From: a virus | IMG/VR virus record: IMGVR_UViG_3300032242_001694 | DNA length: 64,000 nucleotides | Direction: 5' to 3' (one strand) | In this document: piece after piece, positions 1-7,770 of the stretch | How the letters are laid out: every line of letters begins with the position of its first letter | Position numbering within the stretch: position 1 is the first letter of the stretch | Notes under the pieces: generated by a model | Told to the model about the DNA's origin: nothing | Database searches by the model: none | The model's input: only the letters and a program-made list of their open reading frames with translations | Translations under genes and position numbers: made by a program

Positions 1-58
1 CCATTCTCTCCGGTAAAACTTTAAGGTTATCTACTCTTAGTCCATAGACTGTTTTCAT
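1..58 (-). CDS. hypothetical protein, 5' part only (runs off window start)
   Basis: ATG at 58 with AAGGAG RBS upstream; reads MKTVYGLRVDNLKVLPERM to the window edge. Confidence 0.6.
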   Translation of the reverse strand, partial: MKTVYGLRVDNLKVLPERM

Positions 59-82
59 TGGAACTCCTTATTATTTTTGTTA

Positions 83-730
83 TTAGTCCCATAGCGATCT
101 GTAGTACTTTCCAAATAATCTTAGACCGTTCTTCATACGAGCTTCATAGGCATCGAACTTTTCTCTGTTGAATTTACCCATCTCAAGCATGTCTTTAGAG
201 GTGATGAATTCCTGCAATCCTTCGGACACTTCGGGCTTCTCGTCTGGACCATATGGAACATAGTAGTTCTTATCAGATTCTTCATCGACGATTTGTTCGT
301 GTGCCCAGATCATCTCGTCCATGATCCAATTCCATCGGGCGTCAGCTAAAGAGTCCGACAAGTCATTTGGATCAATGTCACCTACACCTATATGCGGAGC
401 GTCTTCTGGATCTGCAAGTGGATAGCCATGCTTGGAAGCTCTGAGCTGCTTCAGCATTGGAACTATGATAAGAGATAGCGTATGATCCATACCCCATGTA
501 TCATATTTATCAATATGAATCTTTACTTTGCGGGAGTTCTTGCCATACAGCCAGTGACAGAAGTCATTGACCCAAGAGTCCATAAGCCACTTACCAAACT
601 TGTCATGCAGCCGGTAGTCCCAGCGCTGCTCAAGTTCATCGCTCGGCCACTTATCAAGCCAGAAGAATAGCTTATCAGCTATCTGATACGGGCCGATCCA
701 GTCCGGATACTTTCCGATAAAAACCTTCAT
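83..730 (-). CDS. conserved phage hypothetical protein
   Basis: ORF 83..754, likely start MKVFIGKY at 730; ends in the GLRLFGKYYRSLWD-type C-terminus typical of a T4-like phage hypothetical family. Confidence 0.75.
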   Translation of the reverse strand: MKVFIGKYPDWIGPYQIADKLFFWLDKWPSDELEQRWDYRLHDKFGKWLMDSWVNDFCHWLYGKNSRKVKIHIDKYDTWGMDHTLSLIIVPMLKQLRASKHGYPLADPEDAPHIGVGDIDPNDLSDSLADARWNWIMDEMIWAHEQIVDEESDKNYYVPYGPDEKPEVSEGLQEFITSKDMLEMGKFNREKFDAYEARMKNGLRLFGKYYRSLWD

Positions 731-896
731 TGCGTAATTCCTTAAAGTCAACAAAACTGCGAGGTTCTCTCACACACATTTCTTTCAATCCCTGAAGAAG
801 ACCAATCTTTGCTAAAGCAATTAATTCTTCTTGGGTTGTCTCAAACTCTATGATAGCGCCGCCATCATCTAGATCTTCTATATTAGTTATATTCAT
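675..896 (-). CDS. hypothetical protein
   Basis: ORF 675..908, likely start MNITNIEDL at 896 after GGAG. Confidence 0.55.
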   Translation of the reverse strand: MNITNIEDLDDGGAIIEFETTQEELIALAKIGLLQGLKEMCVREPRSFVDFKELRNEGFYRKVSGLDRPVSDS

Positions 897-905
897 TCGT
901 CTCTC

Positions 906-913
906 CATAAATA
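906..913 (+). promoter_or_regulatory. T4-type late promoter variant (CATAAATA) for spanin genes
   Basis: one mismatch to TATAAATA, 24 nt upstream of i-spanin ATG. Confidence 0.55.
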
Positions 914-936
914 TAGTTGTTCAAGGGAGAATCATT

Positions 937-1293
937 ATGTTTGGATTGTTAAGCCTAGGTCGTATTCAACTCTACGTCGCTGCAGCTCTGGCTGTCACTG
1001 GTATTTATTTCTTTTGGAAACATAATATAGAGCAGCAGGTTTTGATGGAGTATAATCAGAAGCAGCTTGAGCAGTCTATCTCAGATCGCAATAAGTTAAA
1101 GCAGGATCTGGAAGCCATCAACTTAAAGCAAGAAGAAATCTTACGCAAAGCTGAAGAAGAAAAGAAAGCTTATGAGTTAAAGCTTGAGGCTATAAATCAG
1201 TACCTTAACTCAAAAGAAGTTAAGAGTGAAGACAAGCCGGCTTCAGATATACTTAGGCAGACTGTGAAGCAACTGACGGAGATCTCTAAATGA
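937..1293 (+). CDS. inner-membrane spanin (Rz-like)
   Basis: AGGGAG RBS, N-terminal TM helix then coiled coil; directly upstream of a lipoprotein. Confidence 0.75.
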   Translation: MFGLLSLGRIQLYVAAALAVTGIYFFWKHNIEQQVLMEYNQKQLEQSISDRNKLKQDLEAINLKQEEILRKAEEEKKAYELKLEAINQYLNSKEVKSEDKPASDILRQTVKQLTEISK

Positions 1294-1559
1294 AGAAGTT
1301 ATTGGCACTGAGTCTGGCGATACTAGTATCTGGATGCGCGAGCACCGAACAGGTTATAACCAGAGAGAAGCTTACCGTGGTGGCACCTGATAGGTCTATG
1401 TATAACTGCCCATCAATCGAGAGCTATCCTAATCCAGAGACTTTAACTGACTCTGACGTAGCCAAGCTATTGGTTCAGGCTGAGAAGAATAATGCAGAGT
1501 GTCGTAGGAACATGAAGGCTATTAAGAACTTTATCGATCAAGCTAAGAAGAGCTCTTAA
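1290..1559 (+). CDS. outer-membrane lipoprotein spanin (Rz1-like)
   Basis: signal peptide with lipobox LVSG-C, Pro-rich middle with two further Cys; ATGA overlap with i-spanin. Confidence 0.8.
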   Translation: MKKLLALSLAILVSGCASTEQVITREKLTVVAPDRSMYNCPSIESYPNPETLTDSDVAKLLVQAEKNNAECRRNMKAIKNFIDQAKKSS

Positions 1560-1894
1560 TTTCCAAAGTACTCTTTGCCGGCATCTCGATGGCTCTCGGC
1601 CAGAACTAAAGCCGTCTCTTCGGTATAGTCAGTGATCTGATGCTCTAGGTAGACTTGACTCATCTGGCTGTACTCACCTTTGTCTACTACATAGTAAGAG
1701 ATAGACGGGCTACCTTTTCTATTGACATCAACGTTGATTTTAATAATCTCTTTCTGCTTTACCACAGCATCAAATGTATGTGTGGTTCTTGTCCAGATCT
1801 CACCTTCCCACGTCAAAGTCTCTAACTGAGTCTTCTTATAACTACGCGGGACATGAAAGCAGTAGCCAACGTCATACTTGGTGGTGATCTTCAT
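1556..1894 (-). CDS. hypothetical protein
   Basis: 112-aa ORF in a tightly packed minus-strand run. Confidence 0.65.
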   Translation of the reverse strand: MKITTKYDVGYCFHVPRSYKKTQLETLTWEGEIWTRTTHTFDAVVKQKEIIKINVDVNRKGSPSISYYVVDKGEYSQMSQVYLEHQITDYTEETALVLAESHRDAGKEYFGN

Positions 1895-2165
1895 CTTCTG
1901 ACTCAGCTAGTGTTTCGTTGATGCTGTTTACCATCTGAGTAACTGCCGAGACCAATCTACGGAGATTCTCTTCTGCCATGAATAGCAATACCCAAGCTCC
2001 GGTTGACATAACGAGAGATGCGACCAGAGCTTCTTTCATATCTTCTAGAGAAGTGTTATTGCTGATGAAGAGATAGTAGATTAAGAATGCAGCCGACTGT
2101 GCGCTCATAGCTACTGGAAAGTATCTAATAAACAGGTAGTTCAGGTATTTACCAAACTCAATCAT
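1872..2165 (-). CDS. hypothetical membrane protein (2 TM)
   Basis: two hydrophobic segments in a 97-aa ORF. Confidence 0.6.
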   Translation of the reverse strand: MIEFGKYLNYLFIRYFPVAMSAQSAAFLIYYLFISNNTSLEDMKEALVASLVMSTGAWVLLFMAEENLRRLVSAVTQMVNSINETLAESEDEDHHQV

Positions 2166-2452
2166 TCACAAATTGTCCTAAACATAGGGTTTCCATAATA
2201 GTCATAGCCTACAAAGCGGCGGCGGCATACCTGCTGGTACTGGTATGGGTAAGGATCTGCATAGACCACTGGTGGTGGAGCATAGCGCGGCTGAGATAGA
2301 GCGCCACCGACGATACCACCGACAATCAATCCGCCAATGAGAGGACCTGCCCAGTTGCCGCCTCCACCACCACCGTGGTGACCGTGATGTTGGGCTTGAG
2401 CTGGTAGAGCCAGTGCTAAGATAGTCGCTGATGCTAGTAGAAACTTCTTCAT
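2162..2452 (-). CDS. secreted Gly/Pro/Tyr-rich protein resembling rhizobial BA14K-like proteins
   Basis: Sec signal (AQA-Q), His/Gly stretch, hydrophobic GGLIVGGIVGGAL segment, Pro-Tyr region, C-terminal Cys pair. Confidence 0.65.
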   Translation of the reverse strand: MKKFLLASATILALALPAQAQHHGHHGGGGGGNWAGPLIGGLIVGGIVGGALSQPRYAPPPVVYADPYPYQYQQVCRRRFVGYDYYGNPMFRTICE

Positions 2453-2475
2453 GTGATCCTCCTTGGATCAATTAT

Positions 2476-2940
2476 TTATTGAAGAGGCAGGCCTGTATCG
2501 TAGGCGTAGTCCACGACTTTAACCAGCTTGTCCTTGACAACTCTAAGGACTGCCGACTTTCCATTACCGTCTGACCTCAGATAGTCGCGCCCGCCGTCAA
2601 CCATACACTCGTTATGGACTCGATAGTCGTGGCGATACCGGCTGTAGATGATTCCATCACCAGTATCAATGCCATAGATGTCGCCCTGCACCGCGCTGAT
2701 TCCATTAGCGATCATCGCGGTATTTGACTCGGCCATTCCACTAAAATGGTAGATGGCAAAGTAGTTGGACCCTTCTGGATGAGGTGTGTCGGTGTAGAAG
2801 ATGGCCGATGGCCAGTCACACCAGTTACCCCGTGAGTCCTTGATGCAGGACTCAAAGACGTACTTGGCATTGTATTTTTCCTCAATTATCTCGATTCCTT
2901 TTTCTGAGATAAAAGAACATTCATTATGAATCTTTGTCAT
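2476..2940 (-). CDS. conserved phage hypothetical protein (DGGRDY motif)
   Basis: 154-aa ORF; YSRYRHDY...VDGGRDY motif. Confidence 0.7.
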   Translation of the reverse strand: MTKIHNECSFISEKGIEIIEEKYNAKYVFESCIKDSRGNWCDWPSAIFYTDTPHPEGSNYFAIYHFSGMAESNTAMIANGISAVQGDIYGIDTGDGIIYSRYRHDYRVHNECMVDGGRDYLRSDGNGKSAVLRVVKDKLVKVVDYAYDTGLPLQ

Positions 2941-3299
2941 GCTGCTACTGCCTCTTGAACATGGCTACAGGTCTTGCGATATGAGAAGCCGGTGCAGTGA
3001 CAGACTGCATGGCCAGAGCGGATGGTGACCGTATAGATCTTACCGGTCTTACCAGTCACCTTGACCTCGCGATGGTCGGCTGGCTTAGGTGGCTGGTAGC
3101 TGCCGTCGATCTCAACGATGTTGGCACGGTCGACGATACGGAAGTCGTACTTGCCGCCGCCGGTGCGAACCGTGACGGCGTCGTAGTTGACCCACTTAGG
3201 AGTGTCCATAGGCTCACCGTCAACGTAGTAGAACTCGTTGATGATGAAGCCATAGAGGTGGCGCTTGTCGAACTTAGGATCTCTTACCTTGATACGCAT
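2937..3299 (-). CDS. SWIM zinc-finger protein
   Basis: C-terminal CHC-x7-CSH (CxCxnCxH). Confidence 0.75.
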   Translation of the reverse strand: MRIKVRDPKFDKRHLYGFIINEFYYVDGEPMDTPKWVNYDAVTVRTGGGKYDFRIVDRANIVEIDGSYQPPKPADHREVKVTGKTGKIYTVTIRSGHAVCHCTGFSYRKTCSHVQEAVAA

Positions 3300-3508
3300 T
3301 AGGCCTCCAGGCGAACCATACGCTCGACGTTGGTGATGGCCGAGAAGTAGGACTCGGCGTACGACAGGTCAGCGGCCGGCTCGGCCAGATAGACGTAGTC
3401 CTTGACGTCTTCAAGGTCGCTGTAGCCATATGAAATGGCAGAAAGAACGAGCTGCTCAACACGAGTCAACTCAGCGGCGTAGGCATTCATCAAATCATCT
3501 GTCCACAT
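3299..3508 (-). CDS. hypothetical early protein
   Basis: first gene after sigma70-type promoter; GGAG RBS. Confidence 0.65.
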   Translation of the reverse strand: MWTDDLMNAYAAELTRVEQLVLSAISYGYSDLEDVKDYVYLAEPAADLSYAESYFSAITNVERMVRLEA

Positions 3509-3536
3509 AGTGTCATCTCCATTTGTTTATATTCTT

Positions 3537-3565
3537 AATATAACCCATCCGGATATAAATGTCAA
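3537..3565 (-). promoter_or_regulatory. sigma70-type early promoter
   Basis: TTGACA-17 nt-TATATT. Confidence 0.75.
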
Positions 3566-3578
3566 CCATTATTTTCAT

Positions 3579-3608
3579 AAAAAATGGCGCAGAGTTTCCC
3601 CCGCGCCA
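3579..3608 (-). terminator. rho-independent terminator after porin
   Basis: TGGCGCGGGG-GAAA-CTCTGCGCCA followed by T6 on minus strand. Confidence 0.75.
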
Positions 3609-3632
3609 GATTATTTTTGATTTAGACCGGCA

Positions 3633-4181
3633 TTAGAACTTAAAGTTAACGCCAAATGTAAACCGGTCGTCGGCTTTAGCGCGGTTAGCCAAATCACTGA
3701 AGAAGTCAACGCGCTTGATGCGGGCGTCTAATTCAATGTTTTTAGCGACGTCGTACTTAACACCGCCGCCGTATGAATACGTAGTTCCGTTCTTGGTCTT
3801 CTCATCGAATGAGTAGCCAACACCACCTAGAGCGTAGACAGTGAATGGTGTGTTTCCAAGACGGTACTTAGGAAGAAGATTGACTCCTACCTGATGCTTA
3901 GTATCGCGTCCGGATACGCTGCTGTTTGGGCGAACGTAGTCGTAGCCATACTCCGCAGCGAGATACTGAGAGTAGTTATACCCAGCAACTACACCACCGG
4001 TGTATGCGCGGTCAGTTCCTACTGCTCCGCCACCGGTCACACCGAAGTAGCCGCTAATTGGCTCAACTTCAGTAGCACGCTGGAAGGTTGGTGGGACTGG
4101 TGCTTTCTTTGACGGAAGATCGCCGGCAATCGCCGATCCAGCCGCCAAGACTGCTAGCGCAGCCATGATAGTTCTTTGCAT
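3633..4181 (-). CDS. outer-membrane beta-barrel protein, Omp25/RopB-like
   Basis: AAGGAG RBS before ATG 4181; signal peptide, DLPSKKAP N-terminus typical of Hyphomicrobiales OMPs, alternating beta strands, C-terminal GVNFKF. Confidence 0.85.
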   Translation of the reverse strand: MQRTIMAALAVLAAGSAIAGDLPSKKAPVPPTFQRATEVEPISGYFGVTGGGAVGTDRAYTGGVVAGYNYSQYLAAEYGYDYVRPNSSVSGRDTKHQVGVNLLPKYRLGNTPFTVYALGGVGYSFDEKTKNGTTYSYGGGVKYDVAKNIELDARIKRVDFFSDLANRAKADDRFTFGVNFKF

Positions 4182-4212
4182 TGGTTTCTCCTTATGCTTG
4201 TTAAAAGGACTC

Positions 4213-4308
4213 TTATAGTGAATCAAAAAGCATCACGCCTAGCAGAGCTAGCCATGCCATCCAATTGATCGCTATAAGAGTTAGTACATCACGTAGTGAT
4301 AACATCAT
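4213..4308 (-). CDS. 31-aa single-TM peptide (not in ORF track)
   Basis: AAGGA RBS; MMLSLRDVLTLIAINWMAWLALLGVMLFDSL. Confidence 0.5.
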   Translation of the reverse strand: MMLSLRDVLTLIAINWMAWLALLGVMLFDSL

Positions 4309-4318
4309 ATAAATTCCT

Positions 4319-4393
4319 TGGTGAACCCAGCTGGACTCGAACCAGCAACCTTGCGATTAAAAGTCGTCTGCTCTACCATTGAGCTATGGGTCC
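4319..4393 (-). tRNA. tRNA-Lys(TTT)
   Basis: cloverleaf, GTTCGA T-loop, encoded CCA; two mismatches at top of anticodon stem. Confidence 0.9.
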
Positions 4394-4394
4394 T

Positions 4395-4471
4395 TGGTGT
4401 CCGCGGCGGGAGTCGAACCCGCAACACCCGGATTTTAAGTCCGGTGCCTCTGCCAATTGGACTACGCGGAC
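4395..4471 (-). tRNA. tRNA-Leu(TAA), short variable loop
   Basis: cloverleaf, CTTAAAA loop, 5-nt variable region, CCA. Confidence 0.9.
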
Positions 4472-4690
4472 TTAAAGACCTAAGATTGCTGGTTTGTATT
4501 TCAACTTTCCACCTGTAAATTGGTTGCGAAGATAGTCTTCGAATAGTTCAAAGCGAAGCGCTGCGTCAGCGTCGCCTTCTGTTACTAGATCTTGATGGGC
4601 TTCTTTTAGAAAATCTACGAGATCGCGGAGAGCGATTCGGTCACCGTCGCGAAGCGCGGCTGCATGTGTTTTTCCTGGACGCTGGTTCAT
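4472..4690 (-). CDS. hypothetical protein
   Basis: GGAG RBS, own promoter, stop abuts tRNA-Leu. Confidence 0.7.
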   Translation of the reverse strand: MNQRPGKTHAAALRDGDRIALRDLVDFLKEAHQDLVTEGDADAALRFELFEDYLRNQFTGGKLKYKPAILGL

Positions 4691-4715
4691 ATCAATCTCC
4701 ATAACTGCTATAGTT

Positions 4716-4746
4716 TATTTATAACCTATAATGCATTTTATGTCAA
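4716..4746 (-). promoter_or_regulatory. overlapping sigma70-type and T4 late promoter
   Basis: TTGACA-17 nt-TATAAA whose -10 box is part of TATAAATA. Confidence 0.65.
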
Positions 4747-4754
4747 CCATTAAA

Positions 4755-4828
4755 TGGCTGGGGAACAAGGACTCGAACCTCGAATAACGGAGTCAGAGTC
4801 CGCTGTTATACCATTTAACTATTCCCCA
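4755..4828 (-). tRNA. tRNA-Gln(CTG)
   Basis: cloverleaf, U1-A72, CTCTGAC loop, CCA. Confidence 0.92.
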
Positions 4829-4832
4829 ATAT

Positions 4833-4907
4833 TGGAGGTGTGCCCCAGAATCGAACTGGGTCCTCAAGGATTTGCAGTCCCGTGCCTTGCCATCCGACCC
4901 GCACACC
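4833..4907 (-). tRNA. tRNA-Cys(GCA)
   Basis: cloverleaf, CTGCAAA loop, U73, CCA. Confidence 0.9.
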
Positions 4908-4930
4908 TTACGCTAGAAACTTAGTTTAAT

Positions 4931-5005
4931 TGGAGCGGGTGATCGGATTCGAACCGACGACAGCTTCGTTGGCAACGAAGTACTCTACCACTGAGTTACA
5001 CCCGC
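4931..5005 (-). tRNA. tRNA-Gly(GCC)
   Basis: canonical cloverleaf, U73, CCA. Confidence 0.95.
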
Positions 5006-5006
5006 G

Positions 5007-5225
5007 TTATTCTGTTGTATTATATTTCTTCTTAATGCCACCTGCAATGGTATCAATTAGGCCAGAAGCTCCATCGTGACCATAGTGCTGGTAGAATATA
5101 TTCATGCTAGTAGTCAGCATGTTCGTGGCTAGAATAAGGAGATCATTCTTATCGTCAGTCATCATGATCTGCCTATGGATAGGCTCCATTAACTTACTCT
5201 GTCTCTTTAAGATCTTTTCATCCAT
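5007..5225 (-). CDS. hypothetical protein
   Basis: 72-aa ORF directly after halogenase-like gene. Confidence 0.65.
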   Translation of the reverse strand: MDEKILKRQSKLMEPIHRQIMMTDDKNDLLILATNMLTTSMNIFYQHYGHDGASGLIDTIAGGIKKKYNTTE

Positions 5226-5226
5226 G

Positions 5227-6408
5227 TTAATCTGCCGTGTCTGTAATTAATTCTTTTAGATCAATACCATACCCATTTATATATTGATCCATGATCCTAG
5301 CGTCTTGAGCCCAGAAATCTAGATAACCACCGCGCAGCTTAGTCTTTCCCCAAGATTGAAAAGTTTCAGACGTCTTTAACCTATTAACTGCCTGATCTTT
5401 CTTGTCTTTCCAGAACGGCGTATCCATACTATTGCGACCGGCATAGTTGAGAGCTATCAGATCCTGAATCTCTTTCATAGACATGTTATGGTAGCTATTC
5501 AGCAAGCCGTCTAAGTCATGCCAACCACCTACAACGGCTTTCATAAACTCTTGAGTCAGCATCATGTAGTAGTGTAAAGGAATAGCCTGATGCGGCTCAA
5601 AGAAGTAGAGCTTGTTGCCAAGATAGAGAGTGTTATCCTGATAAGCTTCTTTCTTATAGTAGTGCTTCCAAGAAAAGTATCTTAGCTTTTCGCGCTCGAT
5701 GTCTTTTAACTCGGAGAACTTATCAATGGCTTCATCGACACTTAGGTAGTCATTGTTGTAGCAGTACCCAAAAGCTTTTCGGTGTTGCAGCGGAACCCCA
5801 AACATCCAGCCATTGTCGTGAACATAAGAAGAAGTATACTCTTCATTGTAGATCTGGAAGTGTGGGTAGATAACTGCTGAGTTAACACCAACAAATTCTG
5901 GAACTTCATAGCCGTTGAAGTTTTTAGGTGTACCGAGACTGTCGATGATGTAGTCGAACTCGTACTCGCCGCCTTCGCACGTGATCGACTTAAAACCAAT
6001 AGACTCGATCTTATCATCGACTACTTTTAGATTATATCCTGATCTCACCAATTTGTCAATAACAAAACTCGCAAACTTCTCACTATTTAAGTGTATGCCC
6101 GGATAGCCATAGTTTACAGTGAACGTATTACCGCTTGCTTTTTCCCAGAAGTATTTTGTGTTATAGCGAAGAGTCGCATCGATCTCTTTAACGTCTTCTA
6201 TAATATCAAAGTTCAATAGTCTAAACAGCATCCTGTAGATAGCTGTGCTGGCGCTCTCGCCTACAGTCGTTATAGGTGTTTTTGAGTCGTGAACGCATGT
6301 TATCTCTACGTGAGGTAGAGCGTGGCTATCATATAGAACTTCTAGCATCGACAATATTGAAACAACGCCGGCTGTGCCAGCACCTAGAACACCAATTTTC
6401 ATAGCCAT
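5227..6408 (-). CDS. flavin-dependent tryptophan-halogenase-family protein
   Basis: N-terminal GAGTAG FAD motif, TVGES motif, GWMFGVP (WxWxIP variant), FFEP motif. Confidence 0.8.
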   Translation of the reverse strand: MAMKIGVLGAGTAGVVSILSMLEVLYDSHALPHVEITCVHDSKTPITTVGESASTAIYRMLFRLLNFDIIEDVKEIDATLRYNTKYFWEKASGNTFTVNYGYPGIHLNSEKFASFVIDKLVRSGYNLKVVDDKIESIGFKSITCEGGEYEFDYIIDSLGTPKNFNGYEVPEFVGVNSAVIYPHFQIYNEEYTSSYVHDNGWMFGVPLQHRKAFGYCYNNDYLSVDEAIDKFSELKDIEREKLRYFSWKHYYKKEAYQDNTLYLGNKLYFFEPHQAIPLHYYMMLTQEFMKAVVGGWHDLDGLLNSYHNMSMKEIQDLIALNYAGRNSMDTPFWKDKKDQAVNRLKTSETFQSWGKTKLRGGYLDFWAQDARIMDQYINGYGIDLKELITDTAD

Positions 6409-6422
6409 ACCTCACAACGCGT

Positions 6423-6800
6423 TTAATATTTACTTGCTATCATAGAGAGCTGCAGATAGCAGATCTTCTTGTGATTGCCATTCTCGATCTCGTACACGAC
6501 AAGTCGCGGGCGGTTTTTCTTATTTATCACAACGTGAATAGTCAGTTCTTCTGGAAGGATTATACCCATCTCAAACAGGCATTGATGGGGATCAGCTTCC
6601 AGCTCTCTCAACAGAGATGGATTAATCCAGCAGCGAGCCAGCACCTTGCCAAGATAGTCAACTATACGCTGACGCACGTCGCTTGCACTGATAACCTCAT
6701 ACTCAACATAGTCTTCTTCAACAACAGGCTTACTGCCATACCCATGATACGTAGTAAGATATTGCTTAAGGTCAGAAGGTTGGTACACTACTGGTAGCAT
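6423..6800 (-). CDS. protein with NHLP leader / nitrile hydratase alpha-like domain
   Basis: GGAG RBS before ATG 6800; GKVLARCWINPSLLRELEADPHQCLFEMGIILPEELTIHVV matches the NHLP pattern (iiakAW.D..f...L..dP...l.e.Gi.lP...i.vv). Confidence 0.6.
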   Translation of the reverse strand: MLPVVYQPSDLKQYLTTYHGYGSKPVVEEDYVEYEVISASDVRQRIVDYLGKVLARCWINPSLLRELEADPHQCLFEMGIILPEELTIHVVINKKNRPRLVVYEIENGNHKKICYLQLSMIASKY

Positions 6801-6819
6801 CAATATCTCCATGATGAAT

Positions 6820-6909
6820 TGGAGGAAGAGGTGGGATTCGAACCCACGGTGGACTTGCACCCACGTCAGTTTTCAAGACTGAAGCCATCAACCACTCGGC
6901 CACTCTTCC
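6820..6909 (-). tRNA. tRNA-Ser(TGA)
   Basis: class II cloverleaf with long variable arm, CCA. Confidence 0.93.
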
Positions 6910-6916
6910 ATAAACT

Positions 6917-7098
6917 TGGCTCAGGGTTACCACCATCCCTGAGAGCCGCTGTCTCGCCGCGGCGGATTGTATCGGGTCGACCAATTAGTCGGGCTCGGCT
7001 GCTTCCCCGGACTTCTGATTAGCCGGCAATCATACCCACCTCACGCAGCAGACGGCGTGGATGGCAGCTATAGGTTTACCCAACACCTATAGCGTGTC
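6917..7098 (-). ncRNA. putative structured ncRNA ending in hairpin-CCA
   Basis: GC-rich intergenic block with several hairpins (9-bp GCTATAGGT/ACCTATAGC; 7-bp CTCAGGG/CCCTGAG then CCA). Confidence 0.5.
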
Positions 7099-7164
<66 letters not shown>

Positions 7165-7174
<10 letters not shown>

Positions 7175-7677
7175 CAATGCTTATTGAATCTTTCGAAGTA
7201 TAGGGTTAAATCTTCTTTTGTATCATCGTAATATTTTGCAACGTAGTCAGACTTAACAGCTGAGTTAATATTCTCACACATTGCAACGAGAGTCAACTGT
7301 TCTCTTTGAAAGCCCATGTTATTTAATTCGCTTAAAAGCCACTTCCAATTACCACCGCGAATGATTCCTACCTCAACAAGAACAAGGTGATCATAGGATT
7401 GAAGTGTATGGATTAGCGTTCTAAACTCTGTAATATATTGATCTGCAGTTTGATCTGGATACGGAACTTCTACAGGAATTATGTCTAATGAGCAACCATT
7501 CTTTGACCACCCATGTGCGAGATGCATTGCGACTGTTGCAGAGTAATCCGGTGAGACCATCAACACTGCTGTATTTTCAGGATCAAAATTACTACTATCT
7601 ACGGAGGCGAGTAGATTTTGAATATACTCCCATTCCATCTCTCTTGTTACAAAAAATAGTGGACGTTTATTACTCAT
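7165..7677 (-). CDS. phosphoribosyltransferase-fold protein (divergent)
   Basis: LVLVEVGIIRGGN resembles the type I PRT PRPP loop (VLLVDDxxxTG); GGAGG RBS. Confidence 0.55.
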
Positions 7678-7692
7678 GCTACCTCCGACAAT

Positions 7693-7770
7693 TGGTCTGC
7701 GTGGCTGGATTCGAACCAGCGGTCCCCTGACTCCAAATCAGGTATGTTAACCAGACTACACCACACACAG
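7693..7770 (-). tRNA. tRNA-Pro(TGG)
   Basis: cloverleaf, C1-G72, TTTGGAG loop, CCA. Confidence 0.9.

Noticed and set aside
6911-7020. Group I intron-like P/Q words (AAGTCCGGGGAAGC; GGTAACCCTGAGCCAAG)
   Set aside because: No R/S (P7) elements follow; the next sequence is an intact tRNA-Ser and no interrupted host gene is evident
6995-7025. SRP RNA-like motif GGAAGCAGCC
   Set aside because: Lacks the CAGG...GNRA helix-8 geometry and the long SRP hairpin; kept only as part of an unknown ncRNA
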